Shown in pieces: positions 1 to 13,600 of a DNA stretch of 64,000 nucleotides. The stretch lies in the NCBI RefSeq assembly GCF_018350175.1, contig NC_058377.1, positions 107,322,001-107,386,000 on the forward strand. The letters are read 5' to 3'. The notes under the pieces are model-generated. The model was not told the origin of the DNA, made no database searches, and was given only the letters and a program-made list of their open reading frames with translations. The first letter of the stretch is position 1. Each line of letters opens with the position of its first letter. The position numbers were made by a program, and so were the translations under genes. The DNA is from Felis catus. Taxonomy: Eukaryota.

Positions 1-378
1 GTAACCAAGAAATGTTTCCGGAGTGCCCGCTGCCGCGTGCCGGGCACAGTCCCAGGCTCCAACAGGGCCTCTGCCTCCTGGGTTCCCAGGAAGGCCGGCG
101 AGGTGCTGGATGGGGGGTGGGGGAGCCCAGTGGGCTGGAGGCACTAAGATCGGGGCACCTGGATCTGGGTTGGGGGGCTTCCCCTGGGAAGTGAGGTCGC
201 GACTGAGTCCAGAGAAATGAGCAGGGTCAGCCAGCAAAGAGCTATTCCGCCGTGACCTCAGTCCTAGACCCCAAGCCAACCCAGCCTGGCCCGCCCTTGC
301 CTTGGGCCGGGGAGGGACCGCGCTTGTGCTCAGCGCCTCCGCGGCTGATGCACATCCCCTTCCCCCGTGCCCCCCCAG

Positions 379-3300
379 AGCGCAAGCAGGACTGGTCAGA
401 CCACGCCATTTGGTGGGAACAGAAAAGACAGTGGCTGCTGCAGACCCACTGGACACTGGACAAGTACGGTATCCTGGCTGATGCCCGCCTCTTCTTCGGA
501 CCCCAGCACCGGCCCATCATCCTGCGGCTGCCCAATCGCCGCGCCGTGCGCCTCCGGGCCAGCTTCTCCCAGCCCCTCTTCCAGGCGGTGGCTGCCATCT
601 GCCGCCTCCTCAGTGAGTCCCCTGCTGCTTCCCCACCTCCCACCCCCATCTTCCACCCTGCAAGGTCCTGCGAGGGGCCAGGTCTCCCTGCTTTACAAGG
701 CCCAGTCACTGTCACCTTGTCCTTACGGTCCTGTTCCCTATCCCGCCTGCAGGGCCGTGACCTGCCCCAAAGTACCCAGGAGTGGAGCGGGAGGTCACGG
801 GGCAGGTCCCGGGCCCCTGCTGAGGTCCCAGCTCCCCTCAGGTATCCGGCATCCTGAGGAACTGTCTCTGCTCCGGGCTCCTGAGAAGAAGGAGAAGAAG
901 AAGAAGGAGAAGGAGCCGGAAGAGGAGTTGTATGACCTGACCAAGGTCGTCCTGGCTGGGGGTGAGCACAGACAGGCGGGGCCGACCGGGGGCTGGGCAC
1001 CGGCGCCGGGGGCCCCTGAGGCCTGTTTGACCCCGACCTGCCCTCCAGGCGTGGCACCTGCGTTGTTCCGGGGGATGCCAGCCCACTTCTCAGACAGTGC
1101 GCAGACCGAGGCCTGCTATCACATGCTGAGCCGGCCGCAGCCACCGCCGGACCCCCTCGTGCTGCAGCGCCTGCCTCGGCCCAGCTCCCTGTTGGACAAG
1201 ACCCAGCTCCACAGCAGGTGCACGGCTGGCCGGGTCTGCGCCCCGGAGCCATGTCCCCTTGTGTCCGGGCTCCCACCTCCAGGTCCATGCCCTCCCCTGT
1301 ATCCTTGCCCCAAATCCATACCTCCTGTCTCCGGGCCTTTCTTATATGCATGCTTGCCCCCAAGCCCCCTGCCCAGCCCCCACCGTGCCCCGGAACCTTT
1401 CCTGTCTCAGCCCTGACCTCTGCCCTGTGCTGTGGGCCAGGTGGCTGGACTCGTCGCGGTGCCTCATGCAGCAGGGTGTCAAGGCGGGGGACATGCTCTG
1501 GCTTCGCTTTAAGTACTACAGCTTTTTCGACCTGGATCCCAAGGTGCGCTGGGTCGGGGCGGGGGGGGGGGGGGGGCTGGGTCGATGAGACATGGGGATT
1601 TAGGGTCGGGGGTCTGGGCTCCGGGAACGCGAGAGACTCCTAGGGCGTCTGCCAATCCACGCTCCTGTTTATTAGCTCCGCCAACAAGGTGCTGAGCCGG
1701 GACCGATGTCGGGCCTGGCTCTCAGGGGGCTGTCAGGCAGGTAATGACCGCAGAGCAGTGTAGACAGCGGCGAGTGCCCCCAGCAGCCTGCTCCGGTGGC
1801 AGATACCTGGCACCTGTACTCAGACAAGGCTTCCTGGCAGCGGTGACGCTGTAGGTTTCGGTGGGCAGGGGCGAGGCTTGGCGGGCAGGGGCTGCGTGTG
1901 TCTCCCCCTCCCTGCCCGCCGTCCCCACCGGCGATCGACGGGCTCCATGCGTCCCTCTCAGAAACTGTCAGGCCCCCACACGTGCTCCCTTACCTGTGAC
2001 CCCTTCTCTTGCCCCCCCGCCCTTTACTGCAGAACTTCTAAATGCTGTTTTCAGTGTCCTTGCTCCCCGGACTCCTGCCTCCTGGTTCCAAGTCTTTCCT
2101 ATGGGTGCTCCTGGACTCCCTCTCTCTCCTCAGTCAAATCTGTCCTAGCGTCTTCTGTCCCCATCCACACAGTGGAAGCACACCTGCTGCTTGTCCGCTG
2201 CTCACTGGGAGCTGGGGCGAGGCGGGCTGGTGGGGGGAGGGGGGTGTCTCCAGATGTCCTGTCCGGGCTCCCCCGGTCTCCTCCTGTCCCCGCGGCCTCT
2301 GGGGGTCAGCAAGCCCAGAAACTCACTCCTCACCCATCCTCCCACCTTTCATGGAGTCGTTAGGAAAGGCCGCACTTACACCATTCTGGATCCTTCCCTT
2401 TCCCTCCCTCCTACCGCATCCATCTTCGCGTCCCCGTTCATCAGTCCCTCGAATGAAAATCCCAAACCACCTGCTTTTCGTCTGTGTCACGTGGGTTGGC
2501 GCACTCCCCACCCTCCACACCGCACCTAGAATGAGCATACCCTAGGGGTCAACTCACAACTATGGCCGCTTACTGCCCCCCCCCCCCCCCCGCTGCCCAG
2601 CCCCCAGGCCATTGCCTGATCTGGTCCCTGCGCACCTATCTGTCCCCCTTCCTCCCCTCTACGCTCAGCCCCTCCGTCTCCTGGGGATTTGTTGTTGTTT
2701 CCTTCTGTTTCTCCTGCCTTTCTTTCCTTGAGCGGTTTCCATGATTCCATTTTATCTCCTTTCTATGAGTTTATTTAGCTATACTGAAAAACTTTTTTTT
2801 TTTTTAAAGTTTACTTATTTATTTTGAGAGACAGATAGAGAGTGAGCAGGAAAGGGCAGGGAGAGAGGAAGAGAGAGAATCCCAAGGAGGCTTCATGCTG
2901 TCAGTGTGGAGCCTGACCCTGGGCTCGAACTCACAAACCGTGGGATCATGACCTGAGCCGAAACCAAGAGTCGGACGCTTAACCGACTGAGCCACGCAGG
3001 CGCCGTCCCACCCCCGCCAAAAATCTTTTGAGTGGTTGCTTTAGGGGTTATAGTACACATACGCTATTACTATCCAATAATATTCTACCACTTCTGCACA
3101 AGAACCTGACAACAGGACGGTTGTATGTCCCCTCCCAGCCTCTATATTCTCGTTATCACATCCTTGGATTCTGCTTGTGTCAAAGCCTGCGAGACATTGC
3201 CATTCTTGTTGCTGTCATTATGACGGCTGTATCGAGCAATAATTCACATACCGTATCCTTGGTCCATTCAGAGTGTATAACCCAATGGTTTCTAGTACAT

Positions 3301-4965
3301 TCACAGAGCTGGGCAGCCATCAGCACATTTTGTAACCTTTTCATCACCTCCTCCAAAATCATCCCCATCAGCAGTCCCTCCCGTTTATTCCTGACCCTCA
3401 AGCCCCAGGCAGCTCCTAGTCTCCCTTCTGTGTCTCTAGATTTGCCCTTTTCAGACGTTTCATATAAAGAAGATCTCACAATGTGTGGCTTTTTGTGACT
3501 GGCTTCTTTCCGTTGGCATCACGTTTTCATGTTTCAGCGTGTTTCGCTGTTTTATTCCTTTTTATTGCAAAATGGTATTTAAAAAAAAAAACAACTGTAA
3601 TGTTTATTTTTGAGAGAGAGAGAGAGAGCGCGCGCACATGAGCAGGGGGAGGCAGAGAGAGAGGGAGACACAGAATCCGAAGCAGGCTCCAGGCTCTGAG
3701 CTGTCAGCACAGAGCCCGACGCGGGGCTCAGACTCACGAGCTGTGAGATCGTGACCTGCGCTGAGGTCAGAGGCTTAAGCGACAGAGCCACCCAGGCGCC
3801 CCGCAAAATGGCATTTCGTTGCGTGGGTATGCCACATTTTATTTCTCCATTCAGCAATCACTAGATGTTTCGTTTCCCCCCGCCCACGTGTTGGCTATTA
3901 ATGAATGATGCTTCCGTGAATATTCACATACAGGTTTTTTTTGAGCGGTCCTGTCTTTTCATTTCTCTTGGGTGTACATCTAGGAGTAGAACGGTTGAGT
4001 GGCCATCACTATTATTTTTTTACTTTAACCAGTCAGTCGTTTTTTGTGAAACCTGGTGTTTTGTGATAGCTGGAGATCCCCAGGCAGGTTGGGAGAAATG
4101 ATGCACAGAGGGGCGCCTGCCTGGCTCAGCTGGTGGGGTGTGTGATTCGTGATCTCGGGGTTGTGAGTTCGCACCCCCCCGTGGGATGTAGAGGTTACTG
4201 AAAAATAAAATATTAGGGGTGCCTGGGTGGCTCAGTTGGTTGGGCATCCAACTCTTGATATCGGCTCTCTCAAAATAAATACACTTTTGAGCATAAATAA
4301 GTAAAGTAAAATCTTAAAAAAAAAACAAAAAAGAATCCCCGAGATCCTAGATACCTGGGGACCCTTTACCCAGTGTCCACAAACAGTATCAAAACGAGGA
4401 TGTTGACATCAGAATAATCAAGATTCAGTTCCATCAGCCAACTGTCCTGTAAAGACATTTTTAAAAATATAACAGTCTTTTATTTCTGCCCACACATTCA
4501 CCGTTTCCTGTCTCTTTATTCCTGTGCATAGATACAGATTTCCAGCTGGTATCATTTTCTGTCCGCCCGAAGGACTTCCTTGAACATTTCTTGTGGTGCT
4601 TGATCTACTGGTGATGATTCTTTTTCAGCTTTTGTATGTCTGAATAACTCGTTATTTTTGCCTTTGATTGGGAGAGCTCGGTGTAGAATCCTTGGTTGAC
4701 AGTTTTGTTACTTAACGGTCCTCTAAAGAAATGTCCCCACACCGTCCTGTGGCTTGCGTGGCTCCCAGCAGGCTCCCCTGTCATTCTTTATTCATGTGTA
4801 TGTAATGTGTCTTTTCTCCTGACTACTTTTATGATTTCTGAATCACTGTCTTAAAACAACGTGGTTATCATGTGCCTTGGTTCCCTTCAGGTTTCTCATG
4901 CGTGGGGTTCAGTGAGCTTCTTGTATCTGTGAGTTGACAGTTTGAGTCAAATTTGAAAAATTATA

Positions 4966-4998
<33 letters not shown>

Positions 4999-5328
4999 GG
5001 GGCAGAGAGAGAGAGGGAGACATAGAATCGGAAGCAGGCTCCAGGCTCCAAGCTGTCAGCACAGAGCCCAACGCGGGGCTTGAACTCACAAACTGCGAGA
5101 TCATGACCTCAGCCGAAGTCGGACGCTCAACCGACTGAGCCACCCAGGCGCCCCAAATTTGAAAATTTTTGCAGAGATTTCTTCCTGCCCCCTCTCTTGA
5201 TGAGATTCTAATTATATAAACTATTGGACTACTTAGGATTGTCCCACAGCCCACTGATGCCCTGTTCGGTTTTTTTAGATGTCTCTTCAAGTCTTATTTT
5301 TTAAAAAAAAATTTAATATTTCTTTATT

Positions 5329-5365
<37 letters not shown>

Positions 5366-7468
5366 CAGAGAAAGAGAGACAGAGCACAAGCAGGGAGGGG
5401 CAGAGAGAGAGGGAGACACAGAATCTGAAGCAGGCTCCAGGCTCCAAGCTGTCAGCACAGAGCCCGATGTGGGGCTCGAACTCACGAATTATGAGATCGT
5501 GACCTGAGCCGAAGTCGGATGCTTAACCGACGGAGCCACCCAGGCGCCCTGCCTGGTCATTTTTCATTTGATGCCAGACAATGCAATCTTTTTATGTTCT
5601 TGGGTGCTAGATTTTTTTTTTTTTTATGTAGTCCTTTAACTATTTTTAAACTTTGTTTAGGGCTGAAGTTAAACTACTTGGAGATAGTTCAATCCTTCCA
5701 AGGCTTGCTTTGAATATTAATTAGACAGGACAAAAGCAGCCGCTCATCTAGGGCTAATTTACCCCATTACTGAGACAATTGCCTTCTGAGAACTCTTCCC
5801 AATGTGCCATGCATCATGAGGTTTCTCTAATCTGGCTTTTGGGGAGCGTGAACTATTTCCCCCCGTAGGTTACTGCTGGCAAATGTTCCACCTGGCTCCT
5901 TTCAAATGTTTCTTTTCCCATCAGCTTTGGGTAATTTCCTTCCACACATACGTCGATCAGTGCTTAGCTAAAGACTCAGGAGGAGCCCTCTGCTGATCTC
6001 CGGAGCTTTCTCTCTGGGCAGCTCTCTCCTCTCCAGTCCTGTGTCCTGTGAAATCTAGCTGCCGTGGACTCACCAAATGCTCAACTCTATTTCTTCAGCT
6101 CGGGAAATAGGCTGGGCTCTCTCTGGGCAGTAAGCAATCTGGGGCAATCTTAGGATTCACTGTGTTTGTTTCCCTTCCGTCGGGACCACTGTTCTGTGTG
6201 GTCTCTTGTCCAGTATCTAAAATCCAGCGACGGGTCTTTGTTGTTCTCTTTGTTTTTATTTTTTTCGAGATTGTATTTGTAAGTAATCTCCACATGCCTC
6301 GCGGGGCTTGAACTCACAACCCCGAGATCAAGAGTCCTATGCTTTGCCAATGAGCCAGCCAGGCGCCCCTGTTCTCGTTTGTTTTTAAAACAAAAGTTTA
6401 AAAACAACATTTTCTTATAGTGCACAATTGTTATATTTTATTTTCTTATTTTTCTATTAATTGTGCACAGTTAGAAGAGAGACCCCCTCCCCACATGGCT
6501 CTCTGGATATTCTCTACGTGGCTGTGGCTTCTCCTTTGGGGTGGATCACGTTAGGTAATCAGTCAGCGTCATTGTTCTCTTGGAACCGTAGAGTGGGATC
6601 CCTGCACAGCTACTGTCCTCGGACTGCCCTTGTCTATTTCCTGGGAATTCCTCTACTGGACTTCTTGCTTCCTGAATCTTCTGTGTTCCTCTGTTGACTC
6701 GTTCCTTCATTTTTTTTTTTAATGTTTTATTTATTTTTGAGAGAGGCAGAGACAGAGACACAGAATCCAAAGCAGGCTCCAGGCTCTGAACTGTCAGCAC
6801 AGAGCCCGACGTGGGGCTCGAACTCACGAACCACGAGATCATGACCTGAGCTGAGGTCGGATGCTTAACCGAGGGAGCCACCCAGGCGCCCCTCACTCAT
6901 CATTCTGAATGAAACATATGTTTCAGCAGCTTCCCCTAACCCGATAAAGGCGTTGAAATCCTGCATGTCTGAAAAGTTCACTACTCTACCCTCACGTGCG
7001 TGATAGTTTGGCCAGGTGTAGAATTCTAGGTTGGAAACATTCTTCTGCCACATCTGAAGCCACCTTCCCCTCGTCCTTCCGGTTCTCGGTGTTACTATTG
7101 CGGAGTCTAGTGCCATTTTTATTTTCAGTCCTTTCGTCCGAGACCTTTTTATTTTTTCTTGGACGGGGAGGGGAGGTACCAGAAGCTTTTAGATCTTCTC
7201 TTTATCTCATGATGCTTTGAAATCTCTTAATACTATGTCCTAGTAAGGATCTGTCTTTGTTGACTGACCTGCACGCTTGCTGAGCCCTTTCAAGTCAGAA
7301 ACCTGAGTCTTTCAGTTCTGGAGAAATACCCTAAATAATCTCAATCATTTCCTCCCCGCCAGTTTTCTGTTCCTTTCTGCTGGAACTCAGTCGATATTAG
7401 ACCCCCTGGATTGATTCTTCAAAGAAAACAGTGTAGACATTTATCGTGTCTTTGTCATTTTTCAAGGT

Positions 7469-7512
<44 letters not shown>

Positions 7513-7560
7513 TATTAAATATTTATTTTTGAGAGAGAAAGAGACAGAGCATGAGCGGGG

Positions 7561-7606
<46 letters not shown>

Positions 7607-10600
7607 TAGAATCTGAAGCAAGCTCCAGGCTCTGAGCTGTCAGCACAGAGCCCGACACGGGGCTCGAACCCACGAACCGTGAGATCCTGACCCAAGCCAA
7701 AGTCAAATGCGTAACGGACCGAGCCACCCAGGTGCCCCTAAGATTTTTTATTTGTAAGTAATCTCTACACCCACTGTGGGGCTCAAACTCACAATCCCGA
7801 GATCAAGAGTCGCACACTCTACCAACTGAGCCAGTCAGGTGCCCCTTGTTCTTTGTCATTTCTAAGTTTGTTGTCTTTTTGCTTTACTTTCTGGACAGTG
7901 CTTTGACTTATCTTTCAAACGATGTGTTGAATTTTTAATTTCTGCAACTACATTTTTACGTTCTAAGAGCTCTTATCTTCTGAGTGTTCCTTTGTAAAGT
8001 TTTTTTTGTTTTTTGTTTTAGTATAACATGCTTTTAGGGCAAGGTACAAATGTATCCAACACATCAAGCAACAGGACTTCACCAGCCCCCAGAAGCCTCC
8101 TTCCTAACACTTCCAGGCAGTATCTCCCATGGTTGGGGCGGCACTAAGATTAATCCTCACACGATAGATGGTTTTGACTGTGTTGAAATCTACATCAATG
8201 AAATCACGCAGTTGTCTGGCTGTTGTCACTCAGCATTATGTTTGTATGATTCACATGCTTGTATGTTACACATAGTTGTAGCCTATTCTCTCTCATTGGT
8301 GTGCGACGTTCCTTTATGTCAATATACCCCAATTCACTGTCCGTTCTACTGCTGATGGGCATTGCACAATCTCCACATTGAGACGATTATGAATAAGGAT
8401 GCTATGAACATTCCTGTAATGTCTTCTGGTGAACATATGCACACATTTCTGCACACACTTCTCAGCAGGTGCATGAGAATGTCCCTTGTTCCACAACTTT
8501 ACTGGCACTTGGTATTTCCTCTTTTTTTGTGGTAACCGTTCTGGTAGGTGTGTAATGGTCCCTCGTATGGTTTTTTTTTTTTTTTTTTTTGCTTATTTGT
8601 TGTTTTTTTAACAGCTTTACTTAGCTGTAACTCACATGCCAACAAAATCACCCAGTGTAAGCATGCCGTTCGATTATCTTTAGCAAATTTACACAGTTGT
8701 GCAGCCATCACCACAATCAAGTTTTGAGGGAGGTATTTCATCACGCCAGAAATTTCTCTAGTACTATTTGTAGTAACTGCCCCTCCCACACCCAACCCCA
8801 GACAACCACTATGTGCTTCCTATGTGACTTTAATTCACATTTCCCTGATGACTAATCAGGTGGAGCCCTTTTTCATATGGCTACTAGCCATTTGGATATC
8901 CTCTTTTGTCAAGTTTCTGTTCAACTTTTTTTTTTTTGACAACTTAAGAAAAATGTTTGTTTATGTTTATTTATTTTTGAGACAGAGAGAGACAGAGCAT
9001 GAATGGGGGAGGGTCAGAGAGAGAGGGAGACAGAGAATCCGAAGCTGGCTCCAGGCTCTGAGCTGTCAGCACAGAGCCTGACGCGGGGCTCGAACTCACG
9101 GACCGTGAGATCATAACCTGAGCCGAGGTCGGATGCTTAACAGACTGAGCCACCCAGGCGCCCCTTTTCTGACAACTTTTAATGTTGAATTGCATATCTT
9201 TCCTATTGCTTTATAGGAGGTCTTTGTATAGTCTGTACATGAGTAATACTTTGTCAGATAAGGGTATTGTGACTGTCTTCCCACCCTGTGCTTTGCCTTT
9301 TCATTCTCTTGATGGTTTATTTTGATAAAAAGACCTTCCTAATTTTAATATAATCTGCCTTCTATTTTCAAATATTTTTTTTCTTTTATGATTGATATCT
9401 TTTGTGTCCTGTTTAAGAAATCTTTTTGTTGGGGGGGGCGGCGCCTGGGTGGCTCAGTCGGTTGAGCGACCGACTTCAGCTCAGGTCATGATCTCACGGT
9501 TTGTGAGATCTCTCTCTCTGCCCCTCCCCTACTCGTGCTCTGTCTCTTTCTGTCTCAGAAATAAATAAACATTAAAAAAAAAAGAATAGGGGCGCCTGGG
9601 TGGCGCAGTCGGTTAAGCGTCCGACTTCAGCTCAGGTCACGATCTCGCGGTCCGTGAGTTCGAGCCCCGCGTCGGGCTCTGTGCTGACAGCTCAGAGCCT
9701 GGAGCCTGCTTCGGATTCTGTGTCTCCCTCTCTCTCTGTCTCTCCCCTATTCATGCTCTGTCTCTCTCTGTCTCAAAAATAAATAAACGTTAAAAAAAAT
9801 TAAAAAAAAAAAGAATATATATTTTTTTAATTCCAAGATCACAAAGATGTAGCCCTACTTTTCTCTAAAAGCTTTATTGTTTTAACTTTAGTATTTAGAT
9901 CTGCAGTCCAGCTGGAGAGACAAGTTGACCAATGGAACCACAGAGAGTCAGAGAGAGACCCATACGTTTATATTCCCCTGACTTAGAACAAAGGTGACCC
10001 CAGGGTCACTGGGAACGGATAAATGAATCAATCAATGATACTGGGTCCATTGGATGCCTATATATGTATTTTTCATGTTTATTTATTTATTTTAAGAGGG
10101 AGAGAGGGAGTGAGCATGAGCAGGGGTGGGGCAGAGAGAGAGAGAAAGAGAATCTCAAGCAGGCTCCACATCCAATGCTGAGCCCAACACAGGTCTCGAT
10201 CTCATGACCACTAGATCATGACCTGAGCTGAAATCAAGAGTCAGAGGCTTAACCGACTGAGTCACCCAGGCGCCCCAGGGTACCCATGTTAAAACAAACA
10301 AACAGACAAATAAATATCCACGTACAAATATCAATTCCAGCTGGACTGCAGTCTTAATTACTACACCTTTATAATTATGCTCCTTTTAAACACAGCATCC
10401 TGTTCTTGTTTTAGGAGCGCAGGATTTTGTCTTTCTAAGGATTTTGACTGGTTGAAGTTTTCTTCTGCTCCCTACTGATTCCATTTCCTCTAAGCTCTTT
10501 CTCTGCTGTTCGTCTTGGTCCCTGTGGTTGACGTCAGCAGCTTCCCTTACACGCGGGTGATCCCTGCCTGCCCTTTCGTGGTGAGAGGCAAGGCTCCGGG

Positions 10601-13600
10601 AAGCCCCTGAAAACCCGGAGCGGGTGAATAGAGGCTGGCACTCTGGGGGCTTCCTGGGGGCGCTGGGGTAAGGATGCCATTTTTTGTAAGGGGTTTCTCT
10701 TTGGCTGGTCAGTTTCTCAGCAGTGAACCCTCGGATCTCCCGACTGGGAACAGAAGGCTCACTGCCAATGTCTTAGGCGACCGTGGGACTTGGGGGAGTC
10801 TCACCTTCCAGAGCGTCAACTTTCTTCCTCTGTTTCTAGCACAGTGCCGTCCCTCGCCCAGCTGTGCCTAGACTGTCTCTGGCTCACCATCGCCAGAGCG
10901 TAAATCTCTCCTCTGCCAGGTGCCTGGCTGTCACTGGGCTGCAGGGAGTGGGGGCACCGGCTCCCTTTAGACCCCTTCTGCCGTCCTCACGGCAGCCCAC
11001 CCTCACCTCTCGGCCGGAGGATCCCGGTGGGGAGCCTGTCAGGGGCCGCCAGGTGCCCTGGATGCCTCTGTCCAGATCTGTGTTCTTTTTGCTGTTTGTT
11101 CTCTGCCTATTTTCAGAACTCATTAGTGCCTCTACCGCAGAACAGGAGAGGGGAGACGGGTAAGCAATCCCGGCTCTCTCTCTCCCCGTAACTCAGTTCC
11201 CGTTCCCGCTTTCCATCTTCCAGAATGTCGTCCGCATGCCTCACCGGCAAGGATTCCCGCTCCCTTCGTCCCTTTGGGTTGACCCTTTTTACGCCTTTGC
11301 TGTCAGTCGTGGCGGGTTGCAGGGGGACCACGGGCTTGGTCTTCTGACCCGTGAGCTTTGCAGTCCCTGTTCCTTCTTTCTGGAAGGTTCTTCCCATCAC
11401 TCTTCCCGTCAGTGGCCCAGGGCCATCCTTCAGGCCGCAGGGCAGTCCGACATCTCCTCAAGGACAGCTCCCCTGAATGCTTCCTCGCGAGGAGCTCCCT
11501 GCATCCCAGTTCCATCCTCTGTCATCGCCATCGTCCCCGTGGTGCCCTTGTCCAAGGGCGTGAGTGAAAGGCCCCATGGAAGCTACTTCCTTGATTGCTT
11601 TTATCGAGGTCTTGAATCCCCTTATTCATTCATTGATTGGTTTACTCGGTCCCCCTTCTGCCCCCACGGGCACGCAACAGACATGCAGTCGACGTTGGTC
11701 CGGGAAGCTTTACAGAGAGATCGGTGCCACTTGCCCGGGCAGGCCATACGGCTGGAGTTGGGGGTCTGCTGCCCGTGTGAGGCCGCTAGGCGAACTTGGC
11801 ACTGTGCAGGGGGGCAGGGCTGGAGGCTGAGGCTCAAGGGGTCCGGGCGCACAGGGTGCCGGGGGCACTTGGCACCTGACCAACCCAGCCTCCCCCACCC
11901 CTGCCGCAGACGGACCCGGTGCGGCTGACCCAGCTGTACGAGCAGGCGCGGTGGGACCTGCTGTTGGAGGAGACCGACTGCACCGAGGAGGAGATGATGG
12001 TGTTTGCAGCCCTGCAGGTGCCCGGCGGGCCAGGGGACCTGGGGGGCCGGGGCGCGGGCCAGACCCAGGGCAGGGAGGGTCTTCCGGGGTGGGGCCCCGT
12101 CTTCGGGACACCCCACTTAGGGCCCTGTGGGCTCCTGGGCTGCCCACCCAGCCCTCCCTGGCCATGTGCCCCACCCAGTACCACATCAACAAGCTGTCCC
12201 AGAGTGGGGAGGCGGGCGAACCCACCGCCGCAGACCCCGGGCTGGACGACCTGGACGCGGCCCTGAACAACCTGGAGGTGAAGCTGGAGGGGTCGGCGCC
12301 CACAGACGTGCTGGTGAGGAGGAGCCCGGGTCGGGCTGGCGTCGGGGTCAGGGTCGCGTGCGGAGACCTGGCCCTCCTCTGACTCCTCTTCCCCCCCCCC
12401 AGGACAACCTCACCACCATCCCAGAGCTCAAGGACCATCTCCGGATCTTCCGGTGAGTTCGGGCCCAGGGTCGGCAGCGCCGCTGGAGGGGGCCCAGTGT
12501 GGAGACAGAGCACACAGCCTGTCACACACCTGCCTCACCCTCAGGCCCCGGAAGCTGACCCTAAAAGGGTACCGCCAGCACTGGGTGGTGTTCAAGGAGA
12601 CCACGCTGTCCTACTACAAGAGCCAGGAGGAGGCCCCGGGGGACCCCATTCAGCAGCTCAACCTCAAGGGTGAGTGAGGGCCGCCGGGCTAGGACGGGGA
12701 CAAGGGCAGGAGCTGGCTGGGGGCCCACCTGGCCCACCTCAGTTTCCCCCTCGGGGTAGAGGGCAGATACCCTCTGTCCTGAGGCACTGTGCTGGGCCAG
12801 CATTCTCCCAGGGACCTCTCAGGCAGGCCCCCCCCCCCAGCCTCCTACGCACCCCTTCGTCTCCCTCTAGGCTGTGAGGTAGTCCCCGACGTCAATGTCT
12901 CGGGCCAGAAGTTCTGCATCAAACTCCTAGTACCCTCCCCCGAGGGCATGAGTGAGATCCACGTGCGATGCCAGGATGTAAGTGAGGGTCTGGCAGGGGT
13001 CAGCCCCGGGCCGAAGCCGGAGTGGGGCTGGGGACAGGGCCGGGGGGGCCGAACCAGAGCCCGGCGAGCCCCTCACCACCCTCCCCTGTCCCTCGCACCC
13101 CAGGAGAAGCAGTACGCCCACTGGATGGCCGGCTGCCGACTGGCCTCTAAGGGTCGCACCATGGCAGACAGCAGCTACGCCAGCGAGGTGCAGGCCATCC
13201 TGGCCTTCCTCAGCCTGCAGCGGACGGGTGGCGGGGGCTCAGGCAACCACCCCCCGGGCCCCGACGCCTCTGCCGAGGGCCTCAACCCCTACGGCCTTGT
13301 TGCCCCACGCTTCCAGCGGAAGTTCAAGGCCAAGCAGGTGCCAAAGGAAGTGGGTGGGGGGAATGACCACGGCTTTTACCTGGCCACCCTTGGCCCCTGG
13401 ATCTCCACGGAGCCTTCCTCTAGAAAGCCACGTGCTCACTCGTTCCGTCTCCTACCCTTGTCCTTGAGACGGAGCATGCTGGTCCCCACCCCCTGGGAGG
13501 GGTCACGCCGGGCCCGGCTGCTGAGTGGTGCGAGGGCGCCCAGTGGAGGCCCCGCGCTGGGCCCCGCCCCTGCTCCAGGCTCAGCATCCGGTCTCCCTGA

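Larger units (their letters stand above)
2680..11600 (-). mobile_element. Degenerate ancient LINE-1 (L1M-type) fragments forming the matrix of the 10.4-kb FERMT3 intron
   Basis: AT/T-rich sequence with phrases typical of antisense L1 3' ends (e.g. gtggctttttgtgactggcttctttc, catttccctgatgactaat, gtttaagaaatcttt); boundaries approximate. Confidence 0.6.

Noticed and set aside
242-1363. Long antisense ORF (373 aa) and many similar long Gly/Pro/Arg-rich ORFs in the track
   Set aside because: They overlap real exons on the opposite strand or lie in very GC-rich DNA where stops are rare; unlike 30436-31233 they show no motif periodicity or recognisable domain.
4109-4212. tRNA-like sequences with A/B-box character
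   Set aside because: They are SINE heads with A-rich tails; no intact cloverleaf is evident.
3579-9782. Recurrent short ORFs reading '[19 protein letters not shown]...'
   Set aside because: These are translations of Can-SINE bodies, not a gene family.
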